NCBI RefSeq assembly: GCF_030384885.1
Contig: NZ_CP128613.1
DNA length: 64,000 nt
From: Escherichia coli
Lineage (GTDB): Bacteria; Pseudomonadota; Gammaproteobacteria; Enterobacterales; Enterobacteriaceae
Reading direction: 5' to 3' (one strand)
The translations under genes were made by a program, and so were the position numbers. The notes beneath the pieces are model-generated. The model saw nothing but the letters and a program-made list of their open reading frames with translations. It made no database searches and was not told the DNA's origin. Positions 33,769 to 46,313 of the stretch are shown in pieces. The number at the start of each line of letters is the position of its first letter. Position 1 is the stretch's first letter.

Positions 33769-35287
33769 GATGTTCGCTCCTCAATGCGGCTTCCATCACC
33801 TGCTCCTGAGTCAGGTTATGATTTATCAGGTTGGCTTTTAGTTTCCCTTCATGCATCACCAGTACACGATCGCTAAGGCCGAGCACTTCAGGTAATTCGG
33901 AAGAGATGACAATAACGGCAATACCCTGCTGGACGAGTTGGTTAATTAATTTGTAGATCTCGTATTTCGCGCCAATATCGATACCCCTGGTAGGTTCATC
34001 AAGAATGAGAATGCGCGGGTTGAGTAACAGACAGCGAGCGAGGATCGCTTTTTGCTGATTGCCGCCGCTCAAACGTCCAATAGCAAGGTCGGGGGACGAC
34101 GTTTTAACTTTGAGTTGCTGGATTGATTCCAGAATACATTTTTGCTCTGCCGCGTCATCAAGCTGGCTAATACCGCCGGTAAATTTATTGAGTGCGGCGA
34201 GGGTAATATTTTTACCAACCGCCATTACCGGAACGATGCCGTCGCGCTTTCTGTCTTCGGGTACCATCGCAATCCCCTGGGCGATGGCTTGCTGACAGTT
34301 ACGAATATCTACCTGTTTGCCATCAATATAAATTTTTCCTTCCCATTGTCCGGGCCACACGCCAAACAGGCACTGAATGGTCTCGGTACGTCCGGCACCA
34401 ACGAGTCCGGCAATACCCAGTATTTCGCCACGTTTCAGGGAAAACGAGACATCATTAACTCGTTTAATATGACGATTAACCGGATGCCATGCCGTCAGAT
34501 GTTCAATACGTAATATTTCATCTCCGGTGGTATGTGGTTCATTAGGGTAAAGCGCGGTTAACTCTCGCCCGACCATCATGGTGATAATATCGTCTTCACT
34601 CATTCCGGCAGCATCACGCGTACCAATGTGCTGACCGTCGCGAATAACGCAAATCGTATCGGAAATCGCTTTGACTTCGTTGAGCTTGTGCGAAATATAA
34701 ATACAGGCGATACCGTGCTGTTGTAGATCGCGAATAATATCCAGTAAAACCGACGTTTCCTGCTCAGTTAATGAGGCTGTCGGCTCATCGAGAATTAACA
34801 AGCGCACCTGTTTATTAAGTGCCTTAGCAATTTCAACCAGTTGTTGTTGCCCTAGCCCTAAATCGCCAACGCGGGTATCTGGTGAAATAAGTAAACTGAC
34901 CTGTGCGAGCAGCTTCTGACAGCGTAGCGTCATCAGATCATAGTCCATAATACCATTGTGGGTTATTTCGTTACCCAGGAAAATATTTTCCAGTACGGTC
35001 AATTCTTTCACCAGGGCCAATTCCTGGTGAATGATAGCGATACCTTTGCGTTCGGTATCGCGGATGTGACTCGCCTGAATCTCTTCTCCCGCAAAAATAA
35101 TGTCGCCTTCGTAGGAGCCATGGGGATAAATACCACACAGCACTTTCATCAGCGTTGATTTACCAGACCCATTTTCCCCGCAGAGTGAGACGATTTCGCC
35201 GGCATTCAACCGCAAGCTAACGTTATCAATTGCCTTCACACTGCCGAAGGTTTTGGTAATGTTCTTCATTTCAAGTAGATAAGGCAT
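33746..35287 (-). CDS. xylG: D-xylose ABC transporter ATP-binding protein
   Basis: Start at ATG 35287 ([12 protein letters not shown]) giving 513 aa; duplicated Walker A motifs. Confidence 0.92.
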
Positions 35288-35363
35288 AACGACTCCACCT
35301 AAGCCAATTAATTTACACGGCATGGAGAGAAATCACGCCCCGCTCTGTGCCGGGGCGTAACGC

Positions 35364-36356
35364 TTACAGCTCGCTCTCTTTGTGGAATCCGTCTTTAACT
35401 ACCGTATCTTTGATGTTGTTTTTATTCACATCGATCGGTGTCAGCAGGCGGGAGGGAACATCTTTCAGACCATTATTCAGTGTGGTATCTGCTTTTGGTT
35501 CCTGACCATTGCCCAACTCAACGGCAATTTCTGCGGCAGTATTTGCCAACAATGTAATAGGTTTATACACCGTCATAGTTTGCGTACCGGCAGCAATACG
35601 TTTAATACCTGCGAGATCCGCATCCTGGCCGGATATTGCTACTTTCCCTGATAAACCTTGCGCACTTAATGCCTGAATTGCCCCACCTGCGGTGGCATCG
35701 TTTGAGGCAACTACAGCATCAATTTTGTTATTATTGGCGGTTAGCGCGTTTTCCATAATTTTCAATGCGTTTTCCGGTAACCAGCCATCAACCCATTGGT
35801 CACCAACGACTTTAATTTTTCCGGAATCAACGTAAGGTTTTAACACTTTCATTTGTCCGGCGCGGAACAGCTTAGCGTTGTTATCTACCGGCGAACCGCC
35901 CATCAGGAAGTAATTACCTTGCGGAACAATATCGACCAGGGCTTTTGCCTGCAGTTCACCGACTTTTTCATTATCGAAAGAAATATAAAAATCGATATCC
36001 GCATCGTTAATCATACGGTCGTAAGCTAATACTTTAATACCTTCTTGTTTGGCTTCTTTTACAACGTTACTTAATACCTGACCGTTATACGGAATAATGA
36101 CAAGAACATCGACACCCCGGTTAATCATGTTTTCAATCTGCGACATTTGTGTTTCTTCATTGCCATTTGCAGACTGTACAAATACTTTCGCGCCGAGAGA
36201 TTCTGCCTTTTTCACAAAGATATCTCGATCTTTTTGCCAGCGTTCAAGACGGAGATCATCAATCGCCATACCTATTTTGACTTCTTTGGCGTGCGCCGCA
36301 ACGTTGGTAAGCAGAAGTGAGGTGCAAAGGGTGAGTAGAATGTTCTTTATTTTCAT
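35364..36356 (-). CDS. xylF: D-xylose ABC transporter periplasmic binding protein
   Basis: Start at ATG 36356 (MKIKNILLTL) giving 330 aa; signal peptide. Confidence 0.92.
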   Translation of the reverse strand: MKIKNILLTLCTSLLLTNVAAHAKEVKIGMAIDDLRLERWQKDRDIFVKKAESLGAKVFVQSANGNEETQMSQIENMINRGVDVLVIIPYNGQVLSNVVKEAKQEGIKVLAYDRMINDADIDFYISFDNEKVGELQAKALVDIVPQGNYFLMGGSPVDNNAKLFRAGQMKVLKPYVDSGKIKVVGDQWVDGWLPENALKIMENALTANNNKIDAVVASNDATAGGAIQALSAQGLSGKVAISGQDADLAGIKRIAAGTQTMTVYKPITLLANTAAEIAVELGNGQEPKADTTLNNGLKDVPSRLLTPIDVNKNNIKDTVVKDGFHKESEL

Positions 36357-36721
36357 GGTGTAGGGCCTTCTGTAGTTAGAGGACAGCTTTAATAAGTAAC
36401 AATCACCGCGATAAACGTAACCAATTTTTAGCAACTAAACAGGGGAAAACAATTACAGATTTTTATCTTTCGATTACGATTTTTGGTTTATTTCTTGATT
36501 TATGACAGAGATCTTACTTTTGTTGCGCAATTGTACTTATTGCATTTTTCTCTTCGAGGAATTACCCAGTTTCATCATCCCATTTTATTTTGCGAGCGAG
36601 CGCACACTTGTGAATTATCTCAATAGCAGTGTGAAATAACATAATTGAGCAACTGAAAGGGAGTGCCCAATATTACGACATCATCCATCACCCGCGGCAT
36701 TACCTGATTATGGAGTTCAAT
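36357..36721. promoter_or_regulatory. Divergent xylF / xylA promoter region (XylR and CRP control)
   Basis: Intergenic position between divergent xylFGH and xylAB; regulation known from E. coli literature; individual sites not mapped here. Confidence 0.6.
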
Positions 36722-38044
36722 ATGCAAGCCTATTTTGACCAGCTCGATCGCGTTCGTTATGAAGGCTCAAAATCCTCTAACCCGTTAGCATTCCGTCACT
36801 ACAATCCCGACGAACTGGTGTTGGGCAAGCGTATGGAAGAGCACTTGCGTTTTGCCGCCTGCTACTGGCACACCTTCTGCTGGAACGGGGCGGACATGTT
36901 TGGTGTGGGGGCGTTTAATCGTCCGTGGCAGCAGCCTGGTGAGGCACTGTCGTTGGCGAAGCGTAAAGCAGATGTCGCATTTGAGTTTTTCCACAAATTA
37001 CATGTGCCATTTTATTGCTTCCACGATGTGGATGTTTCCCCTGAGGGCGCGTCGTTAAAAGAGTACATCAATAATTTTGCGCAAATGGTTGATGTTCTGG
37101 CAGGCAAGCAAGAAGAGAGCGGCGTGAAGCTGCTGTGGGGAACCGCTAACTGCTTTACAAACCCTCGCTACGGCGCGGGCGCAGCGACGAACCCAGATCC
37201 TGAAGTCTTCAGTTGGGCGGCGACGCAAGTCGTTACGGCGATGGAAGCAACCCATAAATTGGGCGGTGAAAACTATGTTCTGTGGGGCGGTCGTGAAGGT
37301 TACGAAACGCTGTTAAATACCGACTTGCGTCAGGAGCGTGAACAACTGGGCCGCTTTATGCAGATGGTGGTTGAGCATAAACATAAAATCGGTTTCCAGG
37401 GCACGTTGCTTATCGAACCGAAACCGCAAGAACCGACCAAACATCAATATGATTACGATGCTGCGACAGTCTATGGCTTCCTGAAACAGTTTGGTCTGGA
37501 AAAAGAGATTAAACTGAACATTGAAGCTAACCACGCGACGCTGGCAGGTCACTCTTTCCATCATGAAATTGCCACCGCCATTGCGCTTGGCCTGTTCGGT
37601 TCTGTCGACGCCAACCGTGGCGATGCACAACTGGGCTGGGACACCGACCAGTTCCCGAACAGTGTGGAAGAGAATGCGCTGGTGATGTATGAAATTCTCA
37701 AAGCAGGCGGTTTCACCACCGGCGGTCTGAACTTCGATGCCAAAGTACGTCGTCAAAGTACTGATAAATATGATCTGTTTTACGGTCATATCGGTGCGAT
37801 GGATACGATGGCGTTGGCGCTGAAAATTGCAGCGCGCATGATTGAAGATGGCGAGCTGGATAAACGCATCGCGAAGCGTTATTCCGGCTGGAATAGCGAA
37901 TTAGGCCAGCAAATCCTGAAAGGCCAAATGTCACTGGCAGATTTAGCCAAATATGCTCAGGAACATAATTTGTCTCCGGTGCATCAGAGTGGTCGCCAGG
38001 AGCAACTGGAAAATCTGGTAAACCATTATCTGTTCGACAAATAA
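36722..38044 (+). CDS. xylA: Xylose isomerase
   Basis: Start at ATG 36722 ([16 protein letters not shown]) giving 440 aa, recognised. Confidence 0.95.
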   Translation: MQAYFDQLDRVRYEGSKSSNPLAFRHYNPDELVLGKRMEEHLRFAACYWHTFCWNGADMFGVGAFNRPWQQPGEALSLAKRKADVAFEFFHKLHVPFYCFHDVDVSPEGASLKEYINNFAQMVDVLAGKQEESGVKLLWGTANCFTNPRYGAGAATNPDPEVFSWAATQVVTAMEATHKLGGENYVLWGGREGYETLLNTDLRQEREQLGRFMQMVVEHKHKIGFQGTLLIEPKPQEPTKHQYDYDAATVYGFLKQFGLEKEIKLNIEANHATLAGHSFHHEIATAIALGLFGSVDANRGDAQLGWDTDQFPNSVEENALVMYEILKAGGFTTGGLNFDAKVRRQSTDKYDLFYGHIGAMDTMALALKIAARMIEDGELDKRIAKRYSGWNSELGQQILKGQMSLADLAKYAQEHNLSPVHQSGRQEQLENLVNHYLFDK

Positions 38045-38115
38045 CGGCTAACTGTGCAGTCCGTTGGCCCGGTTATCGGTAGCGATACCGGGCATTTTTT
38101 TAAGGAACGATCGAT

Positions 38116-39570
38116 ATGTATATCGGGATAGATCTTGGCACCTCGGGCGTAAAAGTTATTTTGCTCAACGAGCAGGGTGAGGTGGTTGCTTCGCAAACGG
38201 AAAAGCTGACCGTTTCGCGCCCGCATCCACTCTGGTCGGAACAAGACCCGGAACAGTGGTGGCAGGCAACTGATCGCGCAATGAAAGCTCTGGGCGATCA
38301 GCATTCTCTGCAGGACGTTAAAGCATTGGGTATTGCCGGCCAGATGCACGGTGCAACCTTACTGGATGCCCAGCAACGGGTATTACGCCCTGCCATTTTG
38401 TGGAACGACGGGCGCTGTGCGCAAGAGTGTACTTTGCTGGAAGCGCGAGTTCCGCAATCACGGGTGATTACCGGTAACCTGATGATGCCCGGATTTACTG
38501 CGCCTAAATTGCTATGGGTTCAGCGGCATGAGCCGGAGATATTCCGTCAAATCGACAAAGTATTATTACCGAAAGATTACTTGCGTCTGCGTATGACGGG
38601 GGAGTTTGCCAGCGATATGTCTGACGCAGCTGGCACCATGTGGCTGGATGTCGCAAAGCGTGGCTGGAGTGACGTCATGCTGCAGGCTTGCCACTTATCT
38701 CGTGACCAGATGCCCGCATTATACGAAGGCAGCGAAATTACTGGTGCTTTGCTACCTGAAGTTGCGAAAGCATGGGGTATGGCGGCAGTGCCAGTTGTCG
38801 CAGGCGGTGGTGATAATGCAGCTGGTGCGATTGGTGTGGGAATGGTTGATGCTAATCAGGCAATGTTATCGCTGGGGACGTCGGGGGTCTATTTTGCTGT
38901 CAGCGAAGGGTTCTTAAGCAAGCCAGAAAGCGCCGTACACAGCTTTTGCCATGCGCTACCGCAGCGTTGGCATTTAATGTCTGTGATGCTGAGTGCAGCG
39001 TCGTGTCTGGATTGGGCCGCGAAATTAACGGGCCTGAACAATGTCCCAGCTTTAATCGCGGCTGCTCAACAGGCTGATGAAAGTGCCGAGCCAGTTTGGT
39101 TTCTGCCTTATCTTTCCGGCGAGCGTACACCACACAATAATCCCCAGGCGAAGGGGGTTTTCTTTGGTTTGACTCATCAACATGGCCCCAATGAACTGGC
39201 GCGAGCAGTGCTGGAAGGCGTGGGTTATGCGCTGGCAGATGGCATGGATGTCGTGCATGCCTGCGGCATTAAACCGCAAAGTGTTACGTTGATTGGTGGC
39301 GGGGCGCGTAGTGAGTACTGGCGTCAGATGCTGGCGGATATCAGCGGTCAGCAACTCGATTACCGCACGGGGGGGGATGTGGGGCCAGCACTGGGCGCAG
39401 CAAGGCTGGCGCAGATTGCGGCGAATCCAGAGAAATCGCTCATTGAGTTGTTGCCACAACTGCCGTTAGAACAGTCGCATTTACCAGATGCGCAGCGTTA
39501 TGCCACTTATCAGCCACGACGTGAAACGTTCCGTCGCCTCTATCAGCAACTTCTGCCATTAATGGCGTAA
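38116..39570 (+). CDS. xylB: Xylulokinase
   Basis: 484-aa ORF, FGGY kinase, recognised. Confidence 0.95.
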   Translation: MYIGIDLGTSGVKVILLNEQGEVVASQTEKLTVSRPHPLWSEQDPEQWWQATDRAMKALGDQHSLQDVKALGIAGQMHGATLLDAQQRVLRPAILWNDGRCAQECTLLEARVPQSRVITGNLMMPGFTAPKLLWVQRHEPEIFRQIDKVLLPKDYLRLRMTGEFASDMSDAAGTMWLDVAKRGWSDVMLQACHLSRDQMPALYEGSEITGALLPEVAKAWGMAAVPVVAGGGDNAAGAIGVGMVDANQAMLSLGTSGVYFAVSEGFLSKPESAVHSFCHALPQRWHLMSVMLSAASCLDWAAKLTGLNNVPALIAAAQQADESAEPVWFLPYLSGERTPHNNPQAKGVFFGLTHQHGPNELARAVLEGVGYALADGMDVVHACGIKPQSVTLIGGGARSEYWRQMLADISGQQLDYRTGGDVGPALGAARLAQIAANPEKSLIELLPQLPLEQSHLPDAQRYATYQPRRETFRRLYQQLLPLMA

Positions 39571-39737
39571 ACGTTATCCCCTGCCTGACCGGGTGGGGGA
39601 TAATTCACATCTATATATATCAGTAATTAATTAATATTTAGTATGAATTTATTCTGAAATCATTTGTTAATGGCATTTTTCAGTTTTGTCTTTCGTTGGT
39701 TACTCGTAATGTATCGCTGGTAGATATGGAGATCGTT

Positions 39738-40079
39738 ATGAAAACCTCAAAGACTGTGGCAAAACTATTATTTGTTGTCGGGGCGCTGGTTTATCTGCTT
39801 GGGCTATGGATCTCATGCCCATTGTTAAGTGGAAAAGGCTATTTTCTTGGCGTGTTAATGACGGCAACTTTTGGCAACTATGCATATCTTCGTGCTGAAA
39901 AACTCGGGCAACTGGATGATTTTTTTATCCATGTCTGCCAGTTGGTAGCGTTAATCACAATCGGTCTCTTGTTTATCGGTGTTTTAAATGCGCCTATCAA
40001 TGCTTATGAAATGGTGATTTATCCCATCGCCTTTTTTGTTTGCTTGTTTGGTCAAATGCGTTTGTTTCGCTCGGCATGA
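39738..40079 (+). CDS. yiaB: Inner membrane protein YiaB (YiaA/YiaB family)
   Basis: 113 aa from ATG 39738 (MKTSKTVAKLLFVVG); paralogous to the next ORF. Confidence 0.8.
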   Translation: MKTSKTVAKLLFVVGALVYLLGLWISCPLLSGKGYFLGVLMTATFGNYAYLRAEKLGQLDDFFIHVCQLVALITIGLLFIGVLNAPINAYEMVIYPIAFFVCLFGQMRLFRSA

Positions 40080-40124
40080 GCAACATAAAGCTCTTACACA
40101 TTCAGGAATGAAAGGAATACTGTG

Positions 40125-40562
40125 ATGGACAACAAAATATCAACCTATTCTCCGGCATTTAGTATTGTGTCATGGATAGCTCTTGTTGGTGGTATCGTTA
40201 CCTATCTATTAGGGCTATGGAATGCAGAGATGCAGTTAAATGAAAAAGGATATTATTTTGCCGTGCTGGTGCTAGGACTGTTTTCTGCGGCATCTTATCA
40301 AAAGACCGTTCGGGACAAGTATGAAGGCATACCGACCACCTCCATTTATTATATGACCTGCCTGACTGTCTTTATTATCTCTGTTGCGTTATTGATGGTA
40401 GGTCTGTGGAATGCGACGTTATTACTCAGCGAAAAAGGTTTTTATGGGCTGGCTTTCTTCTTAAGCTTGTTTGGTGCAGTAGCGGTGCAGAAGAATATTC
40501 GTGATGCCGGAATAAACCCACCAAAAGAAACACAGGTTACCCAGGAAGAATACAGCGAATAA
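40125..40562 (+). CDS. yiaA: Inner membrane protein YiaA (YiaA/YiaB family)
   Basis: 145 aa from second ATG ([10 protein letters not shown]); duplicated two-TM modules; terminator hairpin gcccggtca/tgaccgggc at about 40571-40604. Confidence 0.82.
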
Positions 40563-40603
40563 TTCACATAAGCCCGGTCAGTCCAATGTGACCGGGCTTT
40601 TAT

Positions 40604-41599
40604 TTAACTCACTAGTCTGTTTCTGTCGATTCGTTGTACCAGCATAGAAAGTAACAAACTCGCTGCCAACGTCGCGCAAAAGAGCCAAATAATATCGAGT
40701 ATTGGCCAGTTTTTAAGCTCAATCCCCCGGGTACGCAGTGCATGGATAATCAAGGCGTGGAATCCGTATATACCCAACGAATGGCGGGAGATTAAGCCAA
40801 GTCCGCGAATGGTACGCGTATCCAGCATGTTTTTAACCAGAGTCAATAGCGTGATTGCGCAGATAAAAACCATCGGCCCACAGTAAAGATACCAGGTATC
40901 GGCAAAATTTCCGCGCCACTGCAATTCATATAATGTCCCGCGAGAGATAATAAAAACCCCCGTCGCAAACAGTGCGGCGCACACCCACGACAGTGCTTTA
41001 TGCTGTGTGTCCATCATGCCAACGGCGCGCCCCAACATGCCATACAGGATGTAGTAAAAAGTATCGCCATTGATATATAAGTTAATTGGCAGCCATTCAA
41101 AACCGTCAATTTTCTGCGGCACTGTGTTTGGGTTAGCGATAATACCAATCACCACCATTAGTACCAGCAACATTTTTCCGCCGACGTTCTTCACCTGAAT
41201 CAGCGGTGAAACCAGATAAATCACCGCAATCGCGAAGAAAAACCATAAGTGGTAAAACACTGGCTTTTGCAGCAGGTTTTTCAGCGCTAACTCCACATTG
41301 ATGGAGGTAAACAGCGCAATGTAGAGCAGTGCGATTGCGCTATAAAAAAGCAGACATAAGCCGATACGTAAGAAATGGCGCGGCTGGGCGCTGCGTTCGC
41401 CAAAAAAGAGATAGCCGGAAATCATGAAAAATAGCGGCACGCTGACACGAGAGGCAGAATTCAGAACATTGGCGATATCCCAGGTGACGGGGCTAACACT
41501 ATGAGCATTGGTCACATACCAGGTAGTGGTGTGAATCATCACCACCATTAAACACGCTATACCTCGCAGGTTATCAATCCAGTAAATTTTGGGCTGCAT
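40604..41599 (-). CDS. wecH: Membrane O-acetyltransferase (acyltransferase family 3)
   Basis: 331-aa polytopic ORF, recognised (yiaH). Confidence 0.88.
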   Translation of the reverse strand: MQPKIYWIDNLRGIACLMVVMIHTTTWYVTNAHSVSPVTWDIANVLNSASRVSVPLFFMISGYLFFGERSAQPRHFLRIGLCLLFYSAIALLYIALFTSINVELALKNLLQKPVFYHLWFFFAIAVIYLVSPLIQVKNVGGKMLLVLMVVIGIIANPNTVPQKIDGFEWLPINLYINGDTFYYILYGMLGRAVGMMDTQHKALSWVCAALFATGVFIISRGTLYELQWRGNFADTWYLYCGPMVFICAITLLTLVKNMLDTRTIRGLGLISRHSLGIYGFHALIIHALRTRGIELKNWPILDIIWLFCATLAASLLLSMLVQRIDRNRLVS

Positions 41600-41773
41600 C
41601 TGTGTCTCTGTATCTGGTTAAAAAAAGTCTGACCGATAAATCATTCGGTTGGCGCACTGGAATAATCTGAGTTTTATCACTACAGCTTATAGAGGCTTAA
41701 GGAAATTCGTAAGATATCAGCCACTATACCGATATAAATAATAAGACTCACCTGCAAACCAGACGGTAATTTA

Positions 41774-42073
41774 ATGATGATGAACTCTTTCTTTCTGGCA
41801 ATGGCGCTTGTAGTGTTAGTGGGATGCTCGACACCGCCACCCGTGCAGAAAGCACAACGGGTAAAGGTTGATCCTCTGCGTTCGTTGAATATGGAAGCGT
41901 TATGCAAGGATCAGGCGGCAAAACGTTATAACACCGGCGAGCAAAAAATCGACGTCACCGCCTTCGAACAGTTCCAGGGAAGCTACGAAATGCGCGGTTA
42001 TACCTTCCGGAAAGAGCAGTTTGTCTGTTCTTTTGACGCGGATGGCCATTTTTTGCATCTTTCCATGCGTTAA
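41774..42073 (+). CDS. ysaB: Lipoprotein YsaB
   Basis: 99-aa ORF with lipobox LVGC. Confidence 0.85.
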   Translation: MMMNSFFLAMALVVLVGCSTPPPVQKAQRVKVDPLRSLNMEALCKDQAAKRYNTGEQKIDVTAFEQFQGSYEMRGYTFRKEQFVCSFDADGHFLHLSMR

Positions 42074-42167
42074 GCCCTGCTTTTTCCCGTTTCGTACTGT
42101 ATATCTTCCATCCAGCGGGTATACTGATCCCTTCCTTTAAATCCACACGTATCCAGCACGAAATAAT

Positions 42168-43079
42168 ATGCAAAAGTTTGATACCAGGACCTTCCAGGGC
42201 TTGATCCTGACCTTACAGGATTACTGGGCTCGCCAGGGCTGCACCATTGTTCAACCATTGGACATGGAAGTCGGCGCGGGAACCTCTCACCCAATGACCT
42301 GTCTGCGCGCGCTGGGGCCAGAACCGATGGCGGCTGCTTATGTTCAGCCTTCTCGTCGCCCGACCGATGGTCGCTACGGCGAAAACCCCAACCGCTTACA
42401 GCACTACTATCAGTTCCAGGTGGTCATTAAGCCATCGCCGGACAATATTCAGGAGCTGTACCTCGGTTCCCTGAAAGAGCTGGGCATGGATCCGACTATC
42501 CACGATATCCGTTTCGTGGAAGATAACTGGGAAAACCCGACTTTGGGTGCCTGGGGGCTGGGCTGGGAAGTGTGGCTGAACGGCATGGAAGTGACGCAGT
42601 TCACTTACTTCCAGCAGGTTGGTGGTCTGGAGTGTAAACCGGTTACCGGCGAGATCACCTACGGTCTGGAACGTCTGGCCATGTACATTCAGGGCGTAGA
42701 CAGCGTTTACGACCTGGTCTGGAGCGACGGTCCGCTGGGTAAAACCACCTACGGCGACGTGTTCCATCAGAACGAAGTGGAGCAGTCCACTTACAACTTC
42801 GAATACGCGGATGTGGACTTCCTGTTCACCTGCTTCGAGCAATACGAGAAAGAAGCGCAGCAGCTGCTGGCGCTGGAAAATCCGCTGCCGTTGCCAGCCT
42901 ACGAGCGTATTCTGAAAGCCGCCCACAGCTTCAACCTGCTGGATGCGCGTAAAGCCATCTCCGTCACTGAGCGTCAGCGCTATATTCTGCGCATTCGCAC
43001 CCTGACCAAAGCAGTGGCAGAAGCATACTACGCTTCCCGTGAAGCCCTCGGCTTCCCGATGTGCAACAAAGATAAGTAA
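42168..43079 (+). CDS. glyQ: Glycine--tRNA ligase alpha subunit
   Basis: 303-aa ORF, recognised. Confidence 0.95.
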
Positions 43080-43088
43080 GAGGCGGCT

Positions 43089-45158
43089 ATGTCTGAGAAA
43101 ACTTTTCTGGTGGAAATCGGCACTGAAGAGCTGCCACCAAAAGCACTGCGCAGCCTGGCTGAGTCCTTTGCTGCGAACTTTACTGCGGAGCTGGATAACG
43201 CTGGCCTCGCACACGGCACCGTTCAATGGTTTGCTGCTCCGCGTCGTCTGGCGCTGAAAGTAGCTAACCTGGCGGAAGCGCAACCGGATCGTGAAATCGA
43301 AAAACGTGGCCCGGCAATTGCTCAGGCGTTCGATGCTGAAGGTAAACCGAGTAAAGCGGCAGAAGGTTGGGCGCGTGGTTGCGGTATTACCGTTGACCAG
43401 GCTGAGCGTCTGACTACCGATAAAGGCGAATGGCTGCTGTATCGCGCCCACGTGAAGGGCGAAAGCACTGAAGCACTGCTGCCGAATATGGTCGCCACTT
43501 CGCTGGCGAAGCTGCCGATCCCGAAACTGATGCGTTGGGGCGCAAGCGACGTGCACTTCGTGCGTCCGGTTCACACCGTGACCCTGCTGCTGGGCGACAA
43601 AGTCATTCCGGCAACCATTCTGGGCATTCAGTCCGATCGCGTGATTCGCGGCCACCGCTTTATGGGCGAGCCGGAATTTACTATCGACAATGCCGATCAG
43701 TATCCGGAAATTCTGCGCGAGCGCGGGAAAGTTATCGCCGATTACGAAGAACGTAAGGCGAAGATTAAAGCCGATGCCGAAGAAGCCGCGCGTAAGATTG
43801 GCGGTAACGCTGACTTAAGCGAAAGCCTGTTGGAAGAAGTCGCTTCGCTGGTGGAATGGCCGGTTGTGCTGACCGCAAAATTCGAAGAGAAATTCCTCGC
43901 GGTGCCGTCTGAAGCGCTGGTTTACACCATGAAAGGTGACCAGAAATACTTCCCGGTGTATGCGAACGACGGCAAACTGCTGCCGAACTTTATCTTCGTT
44001 GCCAATATCGAATCGAAAGATCCGCAGCAAATTATCTCTGGTAACGAGAAAGTCGTTCGTCCACGTCTGGCGGATGCCGAGTTCTTCTTCAACACCGACC
44101 GTAAAAAACGTCTGGAAGATAATCTGCCGCGCCTGCAAACCGTGTTGTTCCAGCAACAGCTGGGTACACTACGCGACAAAACTGACCGCATCCAGGCGCT
44201 GGCTGGCTGGATTGCTGAACAGATTGGCGCTGACGTTAACCACGCAACCCGTGCGGGCCTGCTGTCTAAGTGTGACCTGATGACTAACATGGTCTTCGAG
44301 TTCACCGACACTCAGGGCGTTATGGGTATGCACTACGCGCGTCACGATGGTGAAGCGGAAGATGTCGCAGTGGCGCTGAACGAGCAGTATCAGCCGCGCT
44401 TTGCCGGTGATGACCTGCCGTCTAACCCGGTAGCCTGTGCGCTGGCGATAGCTGACAAGATGGATACTCTGGCGGGTATCTTCGGTATCGGCCAGCATCC
44501 GAAAGGCGACAAAGACCCGTTTGCGTTGCGTCGTGCCGCACTTGGCGTGCTGCGTATTATCGTTGAGAAGAACCTCAATCTTGACCTGCAAACCCTGACC
44601 GAAGAAGCAGTGCGTCTGTATGGCGATAAGCTGACTAATGCCAACGTGGTTGATGATGTTATCGACTTTATGCTCGGTCGCTTCCGCGCCTGGTATCAGG
44701 ACGAAGGTTACACCGTTGACACCATCCAGGCGGTACTGGCGCGTCGTCCGACTCGTCCGGCTGATTTCGATGCCCGAATGAAAGCGGTATCGCACTTCCG
44801 TACCCTGGATGCAGCTGCAGCACTGGCGGCGGCGAACAAGCGTGTATCTAACATTCTGGCGAAATCTGACGAAGTGCTGAGCGACCGCGTGAATGCCTCT
44901 ACTCTGAAAGAGCCGGAAGAAATTAAACTGGCGATGCAGGTTGTGGTGCTACGTGACAAGCTAGAGCCGTACTTTGCTGAAGGTCGTTACCAGGATGCGC
45001 TGGTCGAACTGGCTGAGCTGCGTGAACCGGTTGATGCCTTCTTCGATAAAGTGATGGTCATGGTTGATGACAAAGAATTGCGAATCAACCGTCTTACCAT
45101 GCTGGAGAAACTGCGCGAATTATTCCTGCGAGTTGCGGATATTTCGCTGTTGCAGTAA
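43089..45158 (+). CDS. glyS: Glycine--tRNA ligase beta subunit
   Basis: 689-aa ORF, recognised. Confidence 0.95.
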   Translation: MSEKTFLVEIGTEELPPKALRSLAESFAANFTAELDNAGLAHGTVQWFAAPRRLALKVANLAEAQPDREIEKRGPAIAQAFDAEGKPSKAAEGWARGCGITVDQAERLTTDKGEWLLYRAHVKGESTEALLPNMVATSLAKLPIPKLMRWGASDVHFVRPVHTVTLLLGDKVIPATILGIQSDRVIRGHRFMGEPEFTIDNADQYPEILRERGKVIADYEERKAKIKADAEEAARKIGGNADLSESLLEEVASLVEWPVVLTAKFEEKFLAVPSEALVYTMKGDQKYFPVYANDGKLLPNFIFVANIESKDPQQIISGNEKVVRPRLADAEFFFNTDRKKRLEDNLPRLQTVLFQQQLGTLRDKTDRIQALAGWIAEQIGADVNHATRAGLLSKCDLMTNMVFEFTDTQGVMGMHYARHDGEAEDVAVALNEQYQPRFAGDDLPSNPVACALAIADKMDTLAGIFGIGQHPKGDKDPFALRRAALGVLRIIVEKNLNLDLQTLTEEAVRLYGDKLTNANVVDDVIDFMLGRFRAWYQDEGYTVDTIQAVLARRPTRPADFDARMKAVSHFRTLDAAAALAAANKRVSNILAKSDEVLSDRVNASTLKEPEEIKLAMQVVVLRDKLEPYFAEGRYQDALVELAELREPVDAFFDKVMVMVDDKELRINRLTMLEKLRELFLRVADISLLQ

Positions 45159-45174
45159 TAACGTCGTTATTAAA

Positions 45175-45203
45175 AAGCCTGCCATCTGGCAGGCTTTTTT
45201 ATC
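45175..45203 (+). terminator. Rho-independent terminator of glyQS
   Basis: aaaaagcctgccatctggcaggctttttt hairpin plus T-run. Confidence 0.75.
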
Positions 45204-45419
45204 GCTAAATAATAGAGCAACCTTTAATAATCTTCTGATGAATAAAGATTGTCTCATATATTAATTTTATGAGATTTTTTTAGGATTATATCAAGGAGAA
45301 GAAAAGAACTTATTAAGCTAGAATAGCTGCGGGTGCTTGAGACTGTTTGTCTCAGGTATTCACCGAAAGGCAGACAGAGAAAAGCCCCACCTGACTATAA
45401 ATCAAAGTGAGGCTACCCT

Positions 45420-45632
45420 ATGCCTGAACACCATAAGGTTAGCCTCTTACTCGTTAGAAATCAACACAGGAGGCTGGGAATGCCGCAGAAATATAGATTA
45501 CTTTCTTTAATAGTGATTTGTTGCACGCTTTTATTTTTCACCTGGATGATAAGAGATTCACTGTGTGAATTGCATATTAAACAGGGGAGTTATGAGCTGG
45601 CGGCATTTTTAGCCTGCAATTTGAAAGAGTAA
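45420..45632 (+). CDS. hokA: Hok-family type I toxin locus: mokA reading frame (45420-45632) with nested hokA toxin ORF (45480-45632, 50 aa)
   Basis: MPQKYRLLSLIVICCTLLFFTWMIRDSLCELHIKQGSYELAAFLACNLKE is a Hok-family small TM toxin; AGGAGG RBS before the hok ATG; overlapping upstream mok frame. Confidence 0.8.
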   Translation: MPEHHKVSLLLVRNQHRRLGMPQKYRLLSLIVICCTLLFFTWMIRDSLCELHIKQGSYELAAFLACNLKE

Positions 45633-45820
45633 GAGTCTTCGGCGGGAAGTTATTCCCGCCTTTCTTACGGCGTTGCGCATTCTCATTGCACCCAAATTTA
45701 TTCTTCACAAAAATAATAATAGATTTTATTACGCGAACGATTATTTATTTCCTGAATAAACAAATAAAAAAATCCCCGCCATTTGGCAGGGATCTTAGAT
45801 TCTGTGCTTTTAAGCAGAGA

Positions 45821-46033
45821 TTACAGGCTGGTTACGTTACCAGCTGCCGGGCCTTTAGCGCCGCTTTCGATGGTGAAGGACACTTTCTGACCTTCGTCCA
45901 GAGATTTGTAACCATCGTTCTGGATAGCAGAGAAGTGTACGAACACGTCTTTAGAGCCATCGTCAGGAGTGATGAAGCCGAAGCCTTTGTCAGCGTTGAA
46001 CCATTTTACGATACCAGTCATTTTACCGGACAT
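45821..46033 (-). CDS. cspA: Major cold shock protein CspA
   Basis: 70-aa [24 protein letters not shown], recognised; terminator hairpin at about 45784-45812. Confidence 0.95.
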
Positions 46034-46193
46034 AGTGTATTACCTTTAATAATTAAGTGTGCCTTTCGGCGATATGGCGTGCTTTACAGATTTTGAAGCG
46101 TTAAAGGAATGTGCACTACGAGGGGTATCAACGATAACTCTTGAAGGGACTTGCCTTACTACACTGCTTTAATGGTCTGTACGTCAAACCGTT
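46034..46193 (-). promoter_or_regulatory. cspA long 5' untranslated leader (cold-box region) and promoter
   Basis: About 160 bp upstream of the cspA ATG; the long structured leader is known from the literature; boundaries approximate. Confidence 0.55.
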
Positions 46194-46313
46194 GATGTGC
46201 ATTAAGCCACGCATTGGCGGGTGATGCAACAATTATTTTTCATATTTATGATTAATCGGTTGGAAAACGGTCCTGTCATCAGGACCGTAAACAGCAATAA
46301 AGTGGATAAAAGT

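Noticed and set aside
42396-43655. 419-aa minus-strand ORF
   Set aside because: Antisense to glyQ/glyS, which are confidently identified; low-complexity Arg/Gln/Phe-rich translation typical of shadow frames in GC-rich genes.
44169-44795. 208-aa minus-strand ORF
   Set aside because: Antisense within glyS; shadow ORF.
45686-46096. 136-aa plus-strand ORF
   Set aside because: Overlaps cspA on the opposite strand and the cspA terminator; cspA is unambiguous.
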